Notes under the pieces: model-generated
Seen by the model: only the letters and a program-made list of their open reading frames with translations
Told to the model about the DNA's origin: nothing
Database searches by the model: none
Shown: piece by piece, positions 29,040-38,009 of the stretch
Layout: each line of letters starts with the position of its first letter
Numbering within the stretch: position 1 is the first letter of the stretch
Position numbers and translations under genes: made by a program
Assembly: GCA_965205505.1 (NCBI GenBank)
Contig: CBDBHB010000009.1
Span: 2,112,001-2,176,000 of the forward strand
DNA from: Acidobacteriota bacterium
GTDB lineage: Bacteria > Acidobacteriota > UBA890 > WLXD01
Direction: 5' to 3'
Length of the DNA stretch: 64,000 bases

Positions 29040-29348
29040 TCATTTGTCGAGTGGCCGTCCGAGTTCCTCGTTCACCGGTTCGAGAACCTGGCCTAGTTCC
29101 TGCGCCAGGTCTCGCGTTCGTTCATTGACTTCGTTCTGATATTTCTCTAGAGCCGTGTGGGTTCGGTAGTAATCGTCAGCAATGTTAAGCGCCGCCAGCA
29201 CGGCGACGCCCAGAGCATCCCCGGGCCCCACTCGCTCTTCCATCTGCCGCATCCGGCTGTCGACGTAGCGAGCAAGGACCCGGATCGTGTTCGGATCATG
29301 TTCGCCTCTTATGTTATAGCTGCGACCGAGAATATCAACGGTGGTCAT
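29040..29348 (-). CDS. zapA: Cell division protein ZapA
   Basis: VDILGRSYNI, LARYVD.RM and AVLAALNIADD motifs. Confidence 0.88.
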   Translation of the reverse strand: MTTVDILGRSYNIRGEHDPNTIRVLARYVDSRMRQMEERVGPGDALGVAVLAALNIADDYYRTHTALEKYQNEVNERTRDLAQELGQVLEPVNEELGRPLDK

Positions 29349-29661
29349 TTTGGCGTTCCTCCGGCTCGGCGCTTCCCAAGTATCCGAGTCGTGCCTGAAG
29401 GCTGAGAAGCCGAGTCTTGATCGCCTCGCGCTCACGCTCCAGCTGCTGTAGTCGCTCGCTTGGGCCTCCGACATCCACGGCGATGTCGACGTGAGGCTGT
29501 GGGGGAGGAGGCCGGCCGGCGGCGTCAACACGTGCCGCAAGCCGTCGTTCGAGCTGGTCGACGCGCGCCTGAAGAGCGGCGCGCTGGTCGCGTAGCGAAC
29601 GGAGCTCGACAACCGCGACCGTGATGGCCCGTTCGAGCGGCGCATAGGGGTTCTTGCTCAT
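29335..29661 (-). CDS. Coiled-coil protein (ZapB-like position) between pheT and zapA
   Basis: LERAI..L.SLR...AALQARV and L..ERE.IK.RL heptad patterns; gene context. Confidence 0.55.
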   Translation of the reverse strand: MSKNPYAPLERAITVAVVELRSLRDQRAALQARVDQLERRLAARVDAAGRPPPPQPHVDIAVDVGGPSERLQQLEREREAIKTRLLSLQARLGYLGSAEPEERQNDHR

Positions 29662-29704
29662 GGAGCGTTCCGAATCAGACGATGGGCACTGGCACCCAAC
29701 AAAA

Positions 29705-31750
29705 TCAGCGGCGCGCAGCGCCGAGGCAACGTTCAAGATGATCGACCACTCGCTCTTGGGCGGCCTCGATCTCCTCGGCAGTGAGGGTGCGGTCGTTGGC
29801 GCGATAGGTCAACCGTAAAGTCGCGGCGAGCCGCCCGTCCGGCACGTCGCCGCCGCTATAGAGGTCGAGTAGACGTAGCTCTGCCAGCGGAATCCCCTGC
29901 AGTGCGGTTACTTCTGCCACGATCGTTCCGAACGGCAGATGGTCATCGATCAGAATCGTCAGGTCTCGCTCGCCGGCCGGGTACCGGGGCAGCGGATCGA
30001 TGGAGAAATCAGTCGCCTCGTGCTCCAGCAATGCGCCGACTTCGAGCTCTGCCGCCCACACGGCGACGTCGGTACCAAGCGCCGCGGGTACTTCGGGGGC
30101 AACCTTGCCGGCGATCCCGGCGGCTAGCTCACCGATGCGAATCTCGGCTGCCGAGCCGGGCTGCAGCCCCGGTACATGGGCAGCAGACCACTCGATCCGC
30201 GGCCAGCGCATTCGGGCGCGCAGGGTTTCCAGGGTGCCCTTCAACTCTCCGAAACCACTGGAGACCTCCGGGACGGCAAAATGCGCCTCGTGAGCGGCGC
30301 CACAGGCTGCAAGTGCCAGCCGGCGGCGCTCGATTGGGGGCCCGCTGTCGCGGCCATGGAACGTTCGGCCGACTTCGAACAGCCTGACCCGGCGTGCCCC
30401 ACGATTACGATTGCGAGCTATAGCCGCGAGCAGGCCTGGCAGCATGCTAGTGCGCATTACGCCCATAGCCTCTGAGATCGGGTTTACGAGCGCCAACGGT
30501 GTCTCTCCGTCCAGGAAAGGAGTCTGTTCAGTGGCACTGGTGAACACGAAGGTCATCGCTTCCCAATAGCCGGAGGCGGCGCAGATGTCCTTGAGGCGCC
30601 GCTCGCGCCGGAGCGCTTCGCTCGCGCCGCGGGTGTCACGCCTGCGCAGCAGGGGCAGGGTGCTCGGTAGCTGATCATAGCCGTGGAAGCGCGCGATCTC
30701 CTCGATCAAATCCTCCTCGCGCGAAACGTCGATGCGACGCGGCGGCACGACGACCTCGAAATCTCCCGCGGCGTCGCTCACAGCGAACCCGAGTGCGCTC
30801 AGGATGGCGGTGACGCGGTCGGCGGAGACCTCCACCCCGAGATAGCCGCGCAGGCGCTCGGCACGAAGCACCAGACGTCGAGCTTCTGGCAACGAGCCGA
30901 CGGCGTCGATCCCCTCAGAACTGACGGTTCCTCCACCTTGTAGCGCGATCAGATGGCAGGCTCGTTGGACCGCCGCCAAGATGCCTTGCGGCGACATATC
31001 CCTTTCGAAACGGTGGCTGGCGTCGGTGTGCAAGCCGAGGCGCTTGGACATCCGACGCACCGTGACCGGGTCGAAGTAGGCGCACTCGAGCAGCACTCGC
31101 CGGGTCGACTCCGTTACGCCGGTCTTCGCGCCCCCCATCACTCCTGCGATTCCTACGGGCTGCTCGTGGTCGGCGATCACCAGGTCGTCGGAGGTGAGCT
31201 TGCGTTCGACCTCGTCCAGGGTGACAAGGCGTTCGCCATCCCGTGCCCGGCGCACAACGAGCTGGCCGTCGACGAGCTCGTCGAGGTCGTAAGCGTGCAT
31301 CGGCCGCCCAAGCTCCCACATCACGAAGTTGGTCACGTCGACGACGTTGTTGATGGGACGCAGGCCGATCGATTCAAGCCGCGCGCACATCCAGTCCGGT
31401 GACGGGCCTACCTCGACATCGACGATCACGCGGGCGGCGAAGCGCGGGCACCCGGCCGGATCCTCGACCCGCACGCTAGCGAGCGACGTGGTTGGATCCC
31501 CCGACTCGCTGACTTCATCTGACGGTTGGCGCAGGTTGGCGTCGAGCGCGATGGCGAGCTCACGAGCGAGGCCGTGGTGGTTGAGCACGTCGGGGCGGTT
31601 ACTCGGCAAATCGAGGTCGAGGCTCAGATCGTCGCCCTCGGGTCGAGCGTCGTCGACCACGAGCCCGAGCATGGAGAGTGTGGCGCATAGCGCCTGAGTC
31701 TCGTCCGGGAGGTCCGTGTAGTCGGCGATCCAGTTGCGAGAGAAGCGCAT
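29705..31750 (-). CDS. pheT: Phenylalanine--tRNA ligase beta subunit (short form, 681 aa)
   Basis: PSNRPD, INNVVDVTN, TDASHRFER and DLIEEIAR motifs; C-terminal FDX-ACB domain. Confidence 0.95.
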   Translation of the reverse strand: MRFSRNWIADYTDLPDETQALCATLSMLGLVVDDARPEGDDLSLDLDLPSNRPDVLNHHGLARELAIALDANLRQPSDEVSESGDPTTSLASVRVEDPAGCPRFAARVIVDVEVGPSPDWMCARLESIGLRPINNVVDVTNFVMWELGRPMHAYDLDELVDGQLVVRRARDGERLVTLDEVERKLTSDDLVIADHEQPVGIAGVMGGAKTGVTESTRRVLLECAYFDPVTVRRMSKRLGLHTDASHRFERDMSPQGILAAVQRACHLIALQGGGTVSSEGIDAVGSLPEARRLVLRAERLRGYLGVEVSADRVTAILSALGFAVSDAAGDFEVVVPPRRIDVSREEDLIEEIARFHGYDQLPSTLPLLRRRDTRGASEALRRERRLKDICAASGYWEAMTFVFTSATEQTPFLDGETPLALVNPISEAMGVMRTSMLPGLLAAIARNRNRGARRVRLFEVGRTFHGRDSGPPIERRRLALAACGAAHEAHFAVPEVSSGFGELKGTLETLRARMRWPRIEWSAAHVPGLQPGSAAEIRIGELAAGIAGKVAPEVPAALGTDVAVWAAELEVGALLEHEATDFSIDPLPRYPAGERDLTILIDDHLPFGTIVAEVTALQGIPLAELRLLDLYSGGDVPDGRLAATLRLTYRANDRTLTAEEIEAAQERVVDHLERCLGAARR

Positions 31751-31760
31751 CGGTCGGCGA

Positions 31761-32834
31761 CTAGGAAGCGAACTGGCGCAGGAAGCGCAGATCGTTTTCG
31801 TAGTAGTAGCGGATGTCCTCGACGCCGTAGCGCACCGCCGTGATGCGGTCGATTCCGAACCCGAACGCGAACCCCTGGTAACGGCCAGGCTCATAGCCGA
31901 CGTTCTCGAACAGAACGGGGTGCACCATTCCGGAGCCCAGTAATTCTACCCAGCCCGATCCCTTGCAGATTCGACATCCCTCGCCGCTGCACGCCGGGCA
32001 GGTGGCGTCGAGCTCAGCAGAAGGCTCGGTGAAGGGGAAGTACCCGGGTCGAAATCGCGTCGCCGTCTGAGGTCCGAACAGCGCTTTGGCGAACGTATCG
32101 AGCGTGCCTTTCAAGTCTGCCAACGTGATGTCGGTGTCGACCACCAGGCCTTCGAGCTGGACGAACATGGGGGTGTGGGTTGCATCCGGCGTGTCCCGGC
32201 GGAAAACGCGCCCCGGAACGATGATCGCGAAAGGAGGTTCGTGAGTCTCCATATAGCGAATCTGGACGGGTGAAGTGTGCGTGCGAAGCAGCAGGTCGTC
32301 GTCCAGGTGCAGGGTGTCCTGTGCGTCGCGCGCCGGGTGATCGGGCGGAAAGTTGAGCGCTCCGAAGTTGTACCAATCGGTCTCGATCTCGGGGCCGTCG
32401 ACCACTTCGTACCCCATGGCGACGAAGATGCTCTCAATCTCCGCGAGCGTACGCGTGATCGGGTGAAGTCCGCCGAGCGCGTCGGGAACGGCCGGCTGTG
32501 TGACGTCGATGGCTTCGTCCCTGGCACGCTCGGCGGATGCAGAGATGCGGAGCCGCTGCTCGAGCTCCTCCAGCGCCGTGCCGATCGCCTGTCTGGCGCG
32601 GTTGGCTGCCGCGCCAACTTGCCGCTTCGTGTCGGCATCGAGATTCCGCATGCTCTGAAAGACTGCCGTGAGTCGACCGCGCTTGCGACCCAGGTAGCGC
32701 GCCTGGATTTCTTCGAGCGTGTCGAGATCTGTTACGCCGGCGCTCTCGCGGTGAAACTCCTCGACGATCGTCTCGACGAGCTCTAGCGGATCACCAGCCG
32801 CGCCCGCCACGTTGTCCAGCGGGGCAGCCGCCAT
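31761..32834 (-). CDS. pheS: Phenylalanine--tRNA ligase alpha subunit
   Basis: HPARD, LRTHTSPVQ, YFPFTEPS and GFAFGFGIDR motifs. Confidence 0.97.
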   Translation of the reverse strand: MAAAPLDNVAGAAGDPLELVETIVEEFHRESAGVTDLDTLEEIQARYLGRKRGRLTAVFQSMRNLDADTKRQVGAAANRARQAIGTALEELEQRLRISASAERARDEAIDVTQPAVPDALGGLHPITRTLAEIESIFVAMGYEVVDGPEIETDWYNFGALNFPPDHPARDAQDTLHLDDDLLLRTHTSPVQIRYMETHEPPFAIIVPGRVFRRDTPDATHTPMFVQLEGLVVDTDITLADLKGTLDTFAKALFGPQTATRFRPGYFPFTEPSAELDATCPACSGEGCRICKGSGWVELLGSGMVHPVLFENVGYEPGRYQGFAFGFGIDRITAVRYGVEDIRYYYENDLRFLRQFAS

Positions 32835-32841
32835 ATCCAGC

Positions 32842-33195
32842 TCAGCTAAGGGCGTTCTTAGCGGTGGCGGCGAGCGCCTCGAAGGCGTGCGGATCCTTTA
32901 CGGCGAGCTCGGCAAGCACCTTGCGGTCCAGGCCGACCCCGGCGACCGCGAGGCCGTTGATGAACTGGCTGTAGGACAGTCCATGCTCACGACTTGCGGC
33001 GTTGATTCGCGTGATCCATAGACGGCGATAGTCGCGCTTCTTGCGTTTGCGGCCGTGGAAGGCGTACTGCAGCGCCCGGTCGACTGCCTCGCTCGCCTCG
33101 CTGTAGAGGCGACTCCTGGCGCCGAAGTAACCCTTCGCCTGCTTGAGAACGCGGCGGCGCCGCCTCGTATGGACATTGCCGCGCTTGACGCGCAT
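32842..33195 (-). CDS. rplT: 50S ribosomal protein L20
   Basis: [23 protein letters not shown] and DRKVLAELA motifs. Confidence 0.97.
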   Translation of the reverse strand: MRVKRGNVHTRRRRRVLKQAKGYFGARSRLYSEASEAVDRALQYAFHGRKRKKRDYRRLWITRINAASREHGLSYSQFINGLAVAGVGLDRKVLAELAVKDPHAFEALAATAKNALS

Positions 33196-33217
33196 GGTTC
33201 CCTCCGTTACTGGCCGG

Positions 33218-33412
33218 CTAGCCGGGGAGCAGCCGATCCACGCGCTTGTAGTCGGCGCTGGTCAGCGTAGTCGGTTTACCGAGCCGCCGCTTCCGCTTGC
33301 GTGACTTCTTGGTCAGGATGTGGGCCTTGTAGGCCTTGCGGCGCACCAGCTTGCCAGTACCGGTGCGCTTGAAGCGCTTGGCTGCGCCACGGTGCGTCTT
33401 CATCTTCGGCAT
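33218..33412 (-). CDS. rpmI: 50S ribosomal protein L35
   Basis: [15 protein letters not shown]. Confidence 0.97.
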   Translation of the reverse strand: MPKMKTHRGAAKRFKRTGTGKLVRRKAYKAHILTKKSRKRKRRLGKPTTLTSADYKRVDRLLPG

Positions 33413-33476
33413 ATCGTTCCTCGTTGGCCACGGAATACCCGCGGATGTCCTGCGCGCCCAGGCGCCGGTAGGAACC

Positions 33477-33986
33477 TCAGTCGCGTTTCGGCGTCAGGAT
33501 CATGATCATCTGCCGTCCCAGCATGCTGGGGCGACTCTCGACCCTGAAGCTTCCCTCGTCGAGGTCCTCTTGGACGCGTTCCAAAATTCGACGACCGAGC
33601 TCCGGATGTACCACTTCGCGGCCGCGAAACATGATCGTCGCCTTGATCATGTGACCTTCGCCGAGAAATCGCTTGATGTGGTTAAGCTTGAAGGCGTAGT
33701 CGTGCTCGTCGATCTTGGGCCGGAATTTTACTTCTTTGAGCTGTGGCTGATGTGCCTTTTGCTTGCGATCCTTCGCGAGACGGTAGACGTATTTGCCGTA
33801 GTCCATAAGCCGGCATACGGGCGGTTGGGCCGTGGGCGCGACTTCCACGAGATCCAGACCCGCCTGTCGAGCCAAATCCATGGCCTCCTCGGTGGGGACG
33901 ATGCCGGCCTGGTTACCGTCTCCGTCGATCAGACGAACCTGCGGGACGCGAATGTTCTCGTTTATACGATGGCGCTTGTCGCTAAT
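33477..33986 (-). CDS. infC: Translation initiation factor IF-3 (ATT start)
   Basis: In-frame extension upstream of the ORF-track ATG gives (I)[19 protein letters not shown]...MDYGK; GAGGA SD precedes the ATT at 33986. Confidence 0.93.
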   Translation of the reverse strand: MSDKRHRINENIRVPQVRLIDGDGNQAGIVPTEEAMDLARQAGLDLVEVAPTAQPPVCRLMDYGKYVYRLAKDRKQKAHQPQLKEVKFRPKIDEHDYAFKLNHIKRFLGEGHMIKATIMFRGREVVHPELGRRILERVQEDLDEGSFRVESRPSMLGRQMIMILTPKRD

Positions 33987-34055
33987 TGCTTGGTTTCCTC
34001 GAATGGTTGGCGCGGATCACCCGCTGAACTCGGCCGACGGACACTAAAGGATGCC

Positions 34056-36011
34056 TCAGTCCGCCTCAACAGGCCACTCCTGAAGGGCACGCACCTCGAC
34101 GTCGGCTACGGTGCGCTCGATGAACTCTGACGTCGGCATGGTACCGAGGTTGCCTGCGGCGCGGTGACGAACGGCGACCTGGCCGGCCTCGGCTTCGCGG
34201 TCGCCGACCACCAACATGAAGGGGGTCTTTTGCATTTGGGCGTCGCGGATCTTGGCGCCCATCTTTTCGGAGCGCCCGTCGACGGACACACGAAGGCCGC
34301 GCGATCGTGCTTCGTCAGCGATCTGCCCAGCGTAGTCGCGATGCCGGTCCGCGATGGGAATCACGGTCGCCTGCGTCGGCGCCAGCCAGAGCGGGAAGGC
34401 GCCCGCGTAGTGTTCTACCAACATACCGAAGAAGCGCTCGAAGGACCCTAACAGCGCGCGGTGGATCATGATCACGCGGTGTTCGTGGGAGTCGCTACCA
34501 ACGAACGTGATGTCGAAACGCTCGGGAAGGGTGAAGTCGAACTGCACTGTGGAGCATTGCCATTTGCGGCCGATCGCGTCGGTGACTTGGACGTCGATCT
34601 TGGGTCCATAGAAGACCGCCTCGCCCTCCATCCGTGTGTAGTCGAACCCCTCGGCATCGAGCGCCCGGCCGAGGGCCGTCTCGGCACGTTCCCAGTCGGC
34701 GTCGGAGCCAGCATACTTGCCAGTATCTCCGGGATCACGAACTGAGAGCTCCACGTTGTACTCGTCGAAACCAAACGTGGCCAAGAGGTCGCGCATGAAT
34801 TGCAAAGCGCCCAGGATCTCCTCGTCGATCTGCTCGGGTGTACAGAACAGATGCGCGTCGTCCTGGGTGAAGCCACGGACCCGCAGCATCCCGTGTAGGA
34901 CGCCAGAGCGCTCGTAACGGTAGACGGTGCCGAACTCCGCCAAGCGCACGGGCAGCTCACGGTATGAGCGACCGCGGGTCTGGTACACGAGGATGTGGCC
35001 TGGGCAGTTCATCGGTCTGAGGACATATTCTTGATCGTCGATGTCGAGCGAATACATGTTCTCCCGGTAGTAATCCCAATGCCCGGACTTCTCCCATAGC
35101 TTCTGGCGCGCGATGTGCGGCGTGTACACGAGGTCATAACCGCGTCGAAGGTGCTCCGCACGCAGATAGTCCTCGATCAAGCTACGGATCAAGGCACCCT
35201 TCGGATGCCAGAAGACCATGCCCGGCCCCGCCGATTCGTCGATGTGGTAGAGATCGAGGTCGGTCCCGAGGCGACGATGGTCGCGTCTGCGAATCTCCTC
35301 GAGCTGATCGAGGTGCTCCTGAAGGGCCTCGTCGGAGAAGAACGCCGTGGCGTAGATACGCTGCATCATCGGCGCGTCGTCGCGGCCGCGCCAGTGGGCC
35401 GCTGCCGAGTGCAGCACCTTGATGGAAGGAATTTGCACCGTGGACGGCAGGTGCGGTCCGGTACAGAAGTCGATGAATTCGCCCTGCTGATAACAGGAGA
35501 CCGAGTGGCCGCCCTTGTCGCGAATGAGCTCGCACTTCAGCGGCTCGTCCTTGCTCGCGAACAGCTCCAGCGCCTCTTCCTTCGGCATCTCGAGACGCAG
35601 CATCGGCTGATCGCCAGCAATGAGCTCCCGCATCCGCGCTTCGATCTTCTCCAGGTCTTCCGGCGTGAACGGTTGTTCGCGCAGGAAATCGTAGTAGAAG
35701 CCAGTGGCGGTCGGCGGGCCGATTCCCACCTGAGTATCACCAAACAACTGCTGCACAGACTGCGCCAACACGTGAGACGCCGTGTGTCGCGCCATCTCCA
35801 GGGCGGCCGCCGGATTCGACTCGGCGCTGATGAGCTCGAGCTCCCCAGACTCCACCAGGGCCATCTGGAAATCGAGATCGTGCTCCCCGAGGCGCACGCC
35901 TACGCCAGTGGCGAGCCAGTCGGGAGCCGCTTCGGCCAGGAACTCGCCGACACGAGCGCCGGCGTCGACGTCGTGTGTCTGGTCGCCGATCTTGATCTGT
36001 AGCTGACTCAT
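34056..36011 (-). CDS. thrS: Threonine--tRNA ligase
   Basis: RHTASH, DHRRLG, RPMNCPGH, RVRGFTQDD, FYGPKID and HRALLGSFERF motifs; start placed at ATG 36011. Confidence 0.97.
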   Translation of the reverse strand: MSQLQIKIGDQTHDVDAGARVGEFLAEAAPDWLATGVGVRLGEHDLDFQMALVESGELELISAESNPAAALEMARHTASHVLAQSVQQLFGDTQVGIGPPTATGFYYDFLREQPFTPEDLEKIEARMRELIAGDQPMLRLEMPKEEALELFASKDEPLKCELIRDKGGHSVSCYQQGEFIDFCTGPHLPSTVQIPSIKVLHSAAAHWRGRDDAPMMQRIYATAFFSDEALQEHLDQLEEIRRRDHRRLGTDLDLYHIDESAGPGMVFWHPKGALIRSLIEDYLRAEHLRRGYDLVYTPHIARQKLWEKSGHWDYYRENMYSLDIDDQEYVLRPMNCPGHILVYQTRGRSYRELPVRLAEFGTVYRYERSGVLHGMLRVRGFTQDDAHLFCTPEQIDEEILGALQFMRDLLATFGFDEYNVELSVRDPGDTGKYAGSDADWERAETALGRALDAEGFDYTRMEGEAVFYGPKIDVQVTDAIGRKWQCSTVQFDFTLPERFDITFVGSDSHEHRVIMIHRALLGSFERFFGMLVEHYAGAFPLWLAPTQATVIPIADRHRDYAGQIADEARSRGLRVSVDGRSEKMGAKIRDAQMQKTPFMLVVGDREAEAGQVAVRHRAAGNLGTMPTSEFIERTVADVEVRALQEWPVEAD

Positions 36012-36058
36012 CGATGTTTTCGCACGAGTCGCTTCACCACGACCGGTGGAAGGATGAA

Positions 36059-36131
36059 TAGGCGCGGCCGGGCTCGAACCGACGACCTCTTCCGCGTCAG
36101 GGAAGCGCTCTCCCAACTGAGCTACGCGCCT
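36059..36131 (-). tRNA. tRNA-Val (GAC); CCA not encoded
   Basis: AGGCGCG/CGCGCCT acceptor stem, TAGCTCAGTTGGGAGAGC D-arm, CTTCC-CTGACGC-GGAAG anticodon arm, GGTTCGAG T-loop. Confidence 0.95.
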
Positions 36132-36220
36132 GCGCTAAGACAACGCGGCTCTCGGCCTGTTACTGGGATGCACGAGAGCCGCAGCAAGGTTGGAACTATA
36201 GCAGCGGTACGCGAAAACGG

Positions 36221-36916
36221 TCAACGTAACGGGTCGGCACGCTGACCGTGCTTGGGCCCGGTAAGGAATGCGACCACGACTGCCATCAGCACGTCGCCCG
36301 GCACATGGGTCACATAGCCATGAAACAGTAGATCTCCGGGAGCCATGACCTCACCGGCGGGCTGCAAATAGCGCTGGCTGAAAGCAGCCCACGCGAGACC
36401 CGCCGCATAGTACGGCGAGAGGCTGGCGGTGAGCGCCAGAACGCGAGCCGGCCGCTCCACGAGCCGGAGGGCGTAGAAGAACGCAATCACCAGGGCCAGG
36501 ACCAGAACCGCGTTGAAATAGGGTTTGAGCTGCTGACCAATCCAGGGCTCCTGCCAGGCGTGCGCTGTGACCGCAGTCACCAGGGCCATGACCAGCAGGA
36601 TCCATCGAACGGATCGGCGGCGCAGATGATCGGTATCAGTGACCAAACGACTTGCTGCCGCGCCTGCCGCCACGCGACCGGCCATGTAGCCCCAGTCGGC
36701 GACTTCCCCGACGACCCCCATGAGGCTCAGAGCCATGAGGGCCACGAGCGCCATCCCCTGTGAGCGAAGCGCGCCAGAGCCGCCGAGCACGCAGCCTGCG
36801 AGCAAAGCGACGCCGGTGGAGAACGTGTAGGCGCCAACGGTGAGCTCGTAGCCGAGCGGGTAGACGACGATGGTCAGGAGCGCCCAGGCCCAAAGTGGCC
36901 AGTCACGCGGGTGCAA
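36221..36916 (-). CDS. Hypothetical multi-pass membrane protein
   Basis: About 7-8 hydrophobic segments; starts 4 nt after the ParA stop. Confidence 0.6.
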   Translation of the reverse strand: MHPRDWPLWAWALLTIVVYPLGYELTVGAYTFSTGVALLAGCVLGGSGALRSQGMALVALMALSLMGVVGEVADWGYMAGRVAAGAAASRLVTDTDHLRRRSVRWILLVMALVTAVTAHAWQEPWIGQQLKPYFNAVLVLALVIAFFYALRLVERPARVLALTASLSPYYAAGLAWAAFSQRYLQPAGEVMAPGDLLFHGYVTHVPGDVLMAVVVAFLTGPKHGQRADPLR

Positions 36917-36920
36917 CGGC

Positions 36921-37775
36921 TCAGAGGCCGGCAGACTGGCGTCGGGCCTCTGCTGCGTGGCCGTCGATCACGGTGAGGCGCCGGCGCTCCTCATGGTGCT
37001 GAGGCAATCCGAAGTAGCCCCTCCGGGAGGCTGCCCGGCGGATGATCTCTCTGGTCAGCGAACGGAACTCAGCCGCCGCCCGGGTGGCCGGCGCATATCG
37101 CGTGATCGGCTCGGGCGCGTCGGTCGACTCCGAGATCTGTACACAATCGTTCACCACCGTGTCGAGAACCAGGTCGCCGTAGGCCGATTGCATTGCTTCG
37201 AGGACCTGATGGGCGATACGAGTGCGGGCGTCGAAGGCGTTCGCGAAAATGCCGAGCAGGTCGAGACTCGGATTGGCGCCCAGATCGCGCAACTCTCGTA
37301 CCAACTCCAGCACGCGCTGGACGCCTTGGTAGGCCATGCCGCGAGCCTGTACGGGGCAGAGGATATGCTGCGCCGCCACGAAAGCGTTGAGCAGCACCAC
37401 CCCGCCGTTGCCGGGTGGGCAATCGATGATGGCGTAGTCGCAGGTCTCGGGGAGACGAGCCAGTAGTACGCGCTCGCCCGCCAAGTTGCGCCGATTGATG
37501 TCGTCGAGCCGGGGCGACGCGGCGACGCCCCAAATGCCGGGAATCCGAGTGCGGACCGCGGCTGTACCGATCGTTGCCTGGCCGCGGAGCACGTCGGCGA
37601 GGGTCTGGTGCGCTCCGAGCGCAGGCAAATCGAGGCATTCCGTGAGGCTCCCCTGAGAGTCGGCATCGATGACTAGCACGGTATGGCCGAGCTCGGCCAG
37701 CACGGCGGCGAGATTGAACGTCGTCGTTGTCTTGCCGACGCCGCCCTTGAGGTTGCTAACAGCGATTGTCCGCAT
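36921..37775 (-). CDS. ParA/Soj-family ATPase (orphan)
   Basis: NLKGGVGKTT, IDADSQGSL and IIDCPP motifs. Confidence 0.9.
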   Translation of the reverse strand: MRTIAVSNLKGGVGKTTTTFNLAAVLAELGHTVLVIDADSQGSLTECLDLPALGAHQTLADVLRGQATIGTAAVRTRIPGIWGVAASPRLDDINRRNLAGERVLLARLPETCDYAIIDCPPGNGGVVLLNAFVAAQHILCPVQARGMAYQGVQRVLELVRELRDLGANPSLDLLGIFANAFDARTRIAHQVLEAMQSAYGDLVLDTVVNDCVQISESTDAPEPITRYAPATRAAAEFRSLTREIIRRAASRRGYFGLPQHHEERRRLTVIDGHAAEARRQSAGL

Positions 37776-38009
37776 CGATTCCCAGGGTGAACAATGAACG
37801 CCGACGGAGCGTAAATGGACCGAACACTGTGGTCAAGAGGCTTCCATTCGGCCGCCGAGAAAGCCAGGGCGGCCCTTGCACCCGCTCAGCGAGAGCTCGG
37901 GTCAACTTCGCTGACGAGACTCCTGGGGCCGTCCTATACTTCGGCTGCGGGGGGGTATGGGCGACGTCCTGCCCCGGCATCAGAAGCGCGAGCCGCAGGA
38001 GCCGAACCC

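Noticed and set aside
29705-31750. PheT lacking the OB-fold (B2) domain
   Set aside because: A known short form in several phyla; useful only as a taxonomic hint.
33984-33986. Non-canonical ATT start of infC
   Set aside because: A well-known autoregulatory feature.
36059-36131. tRNA-Val as an island integration site
   Set aside because: Its 3' end faces thrS, and no integrase or duplicated tRNA end was seen.
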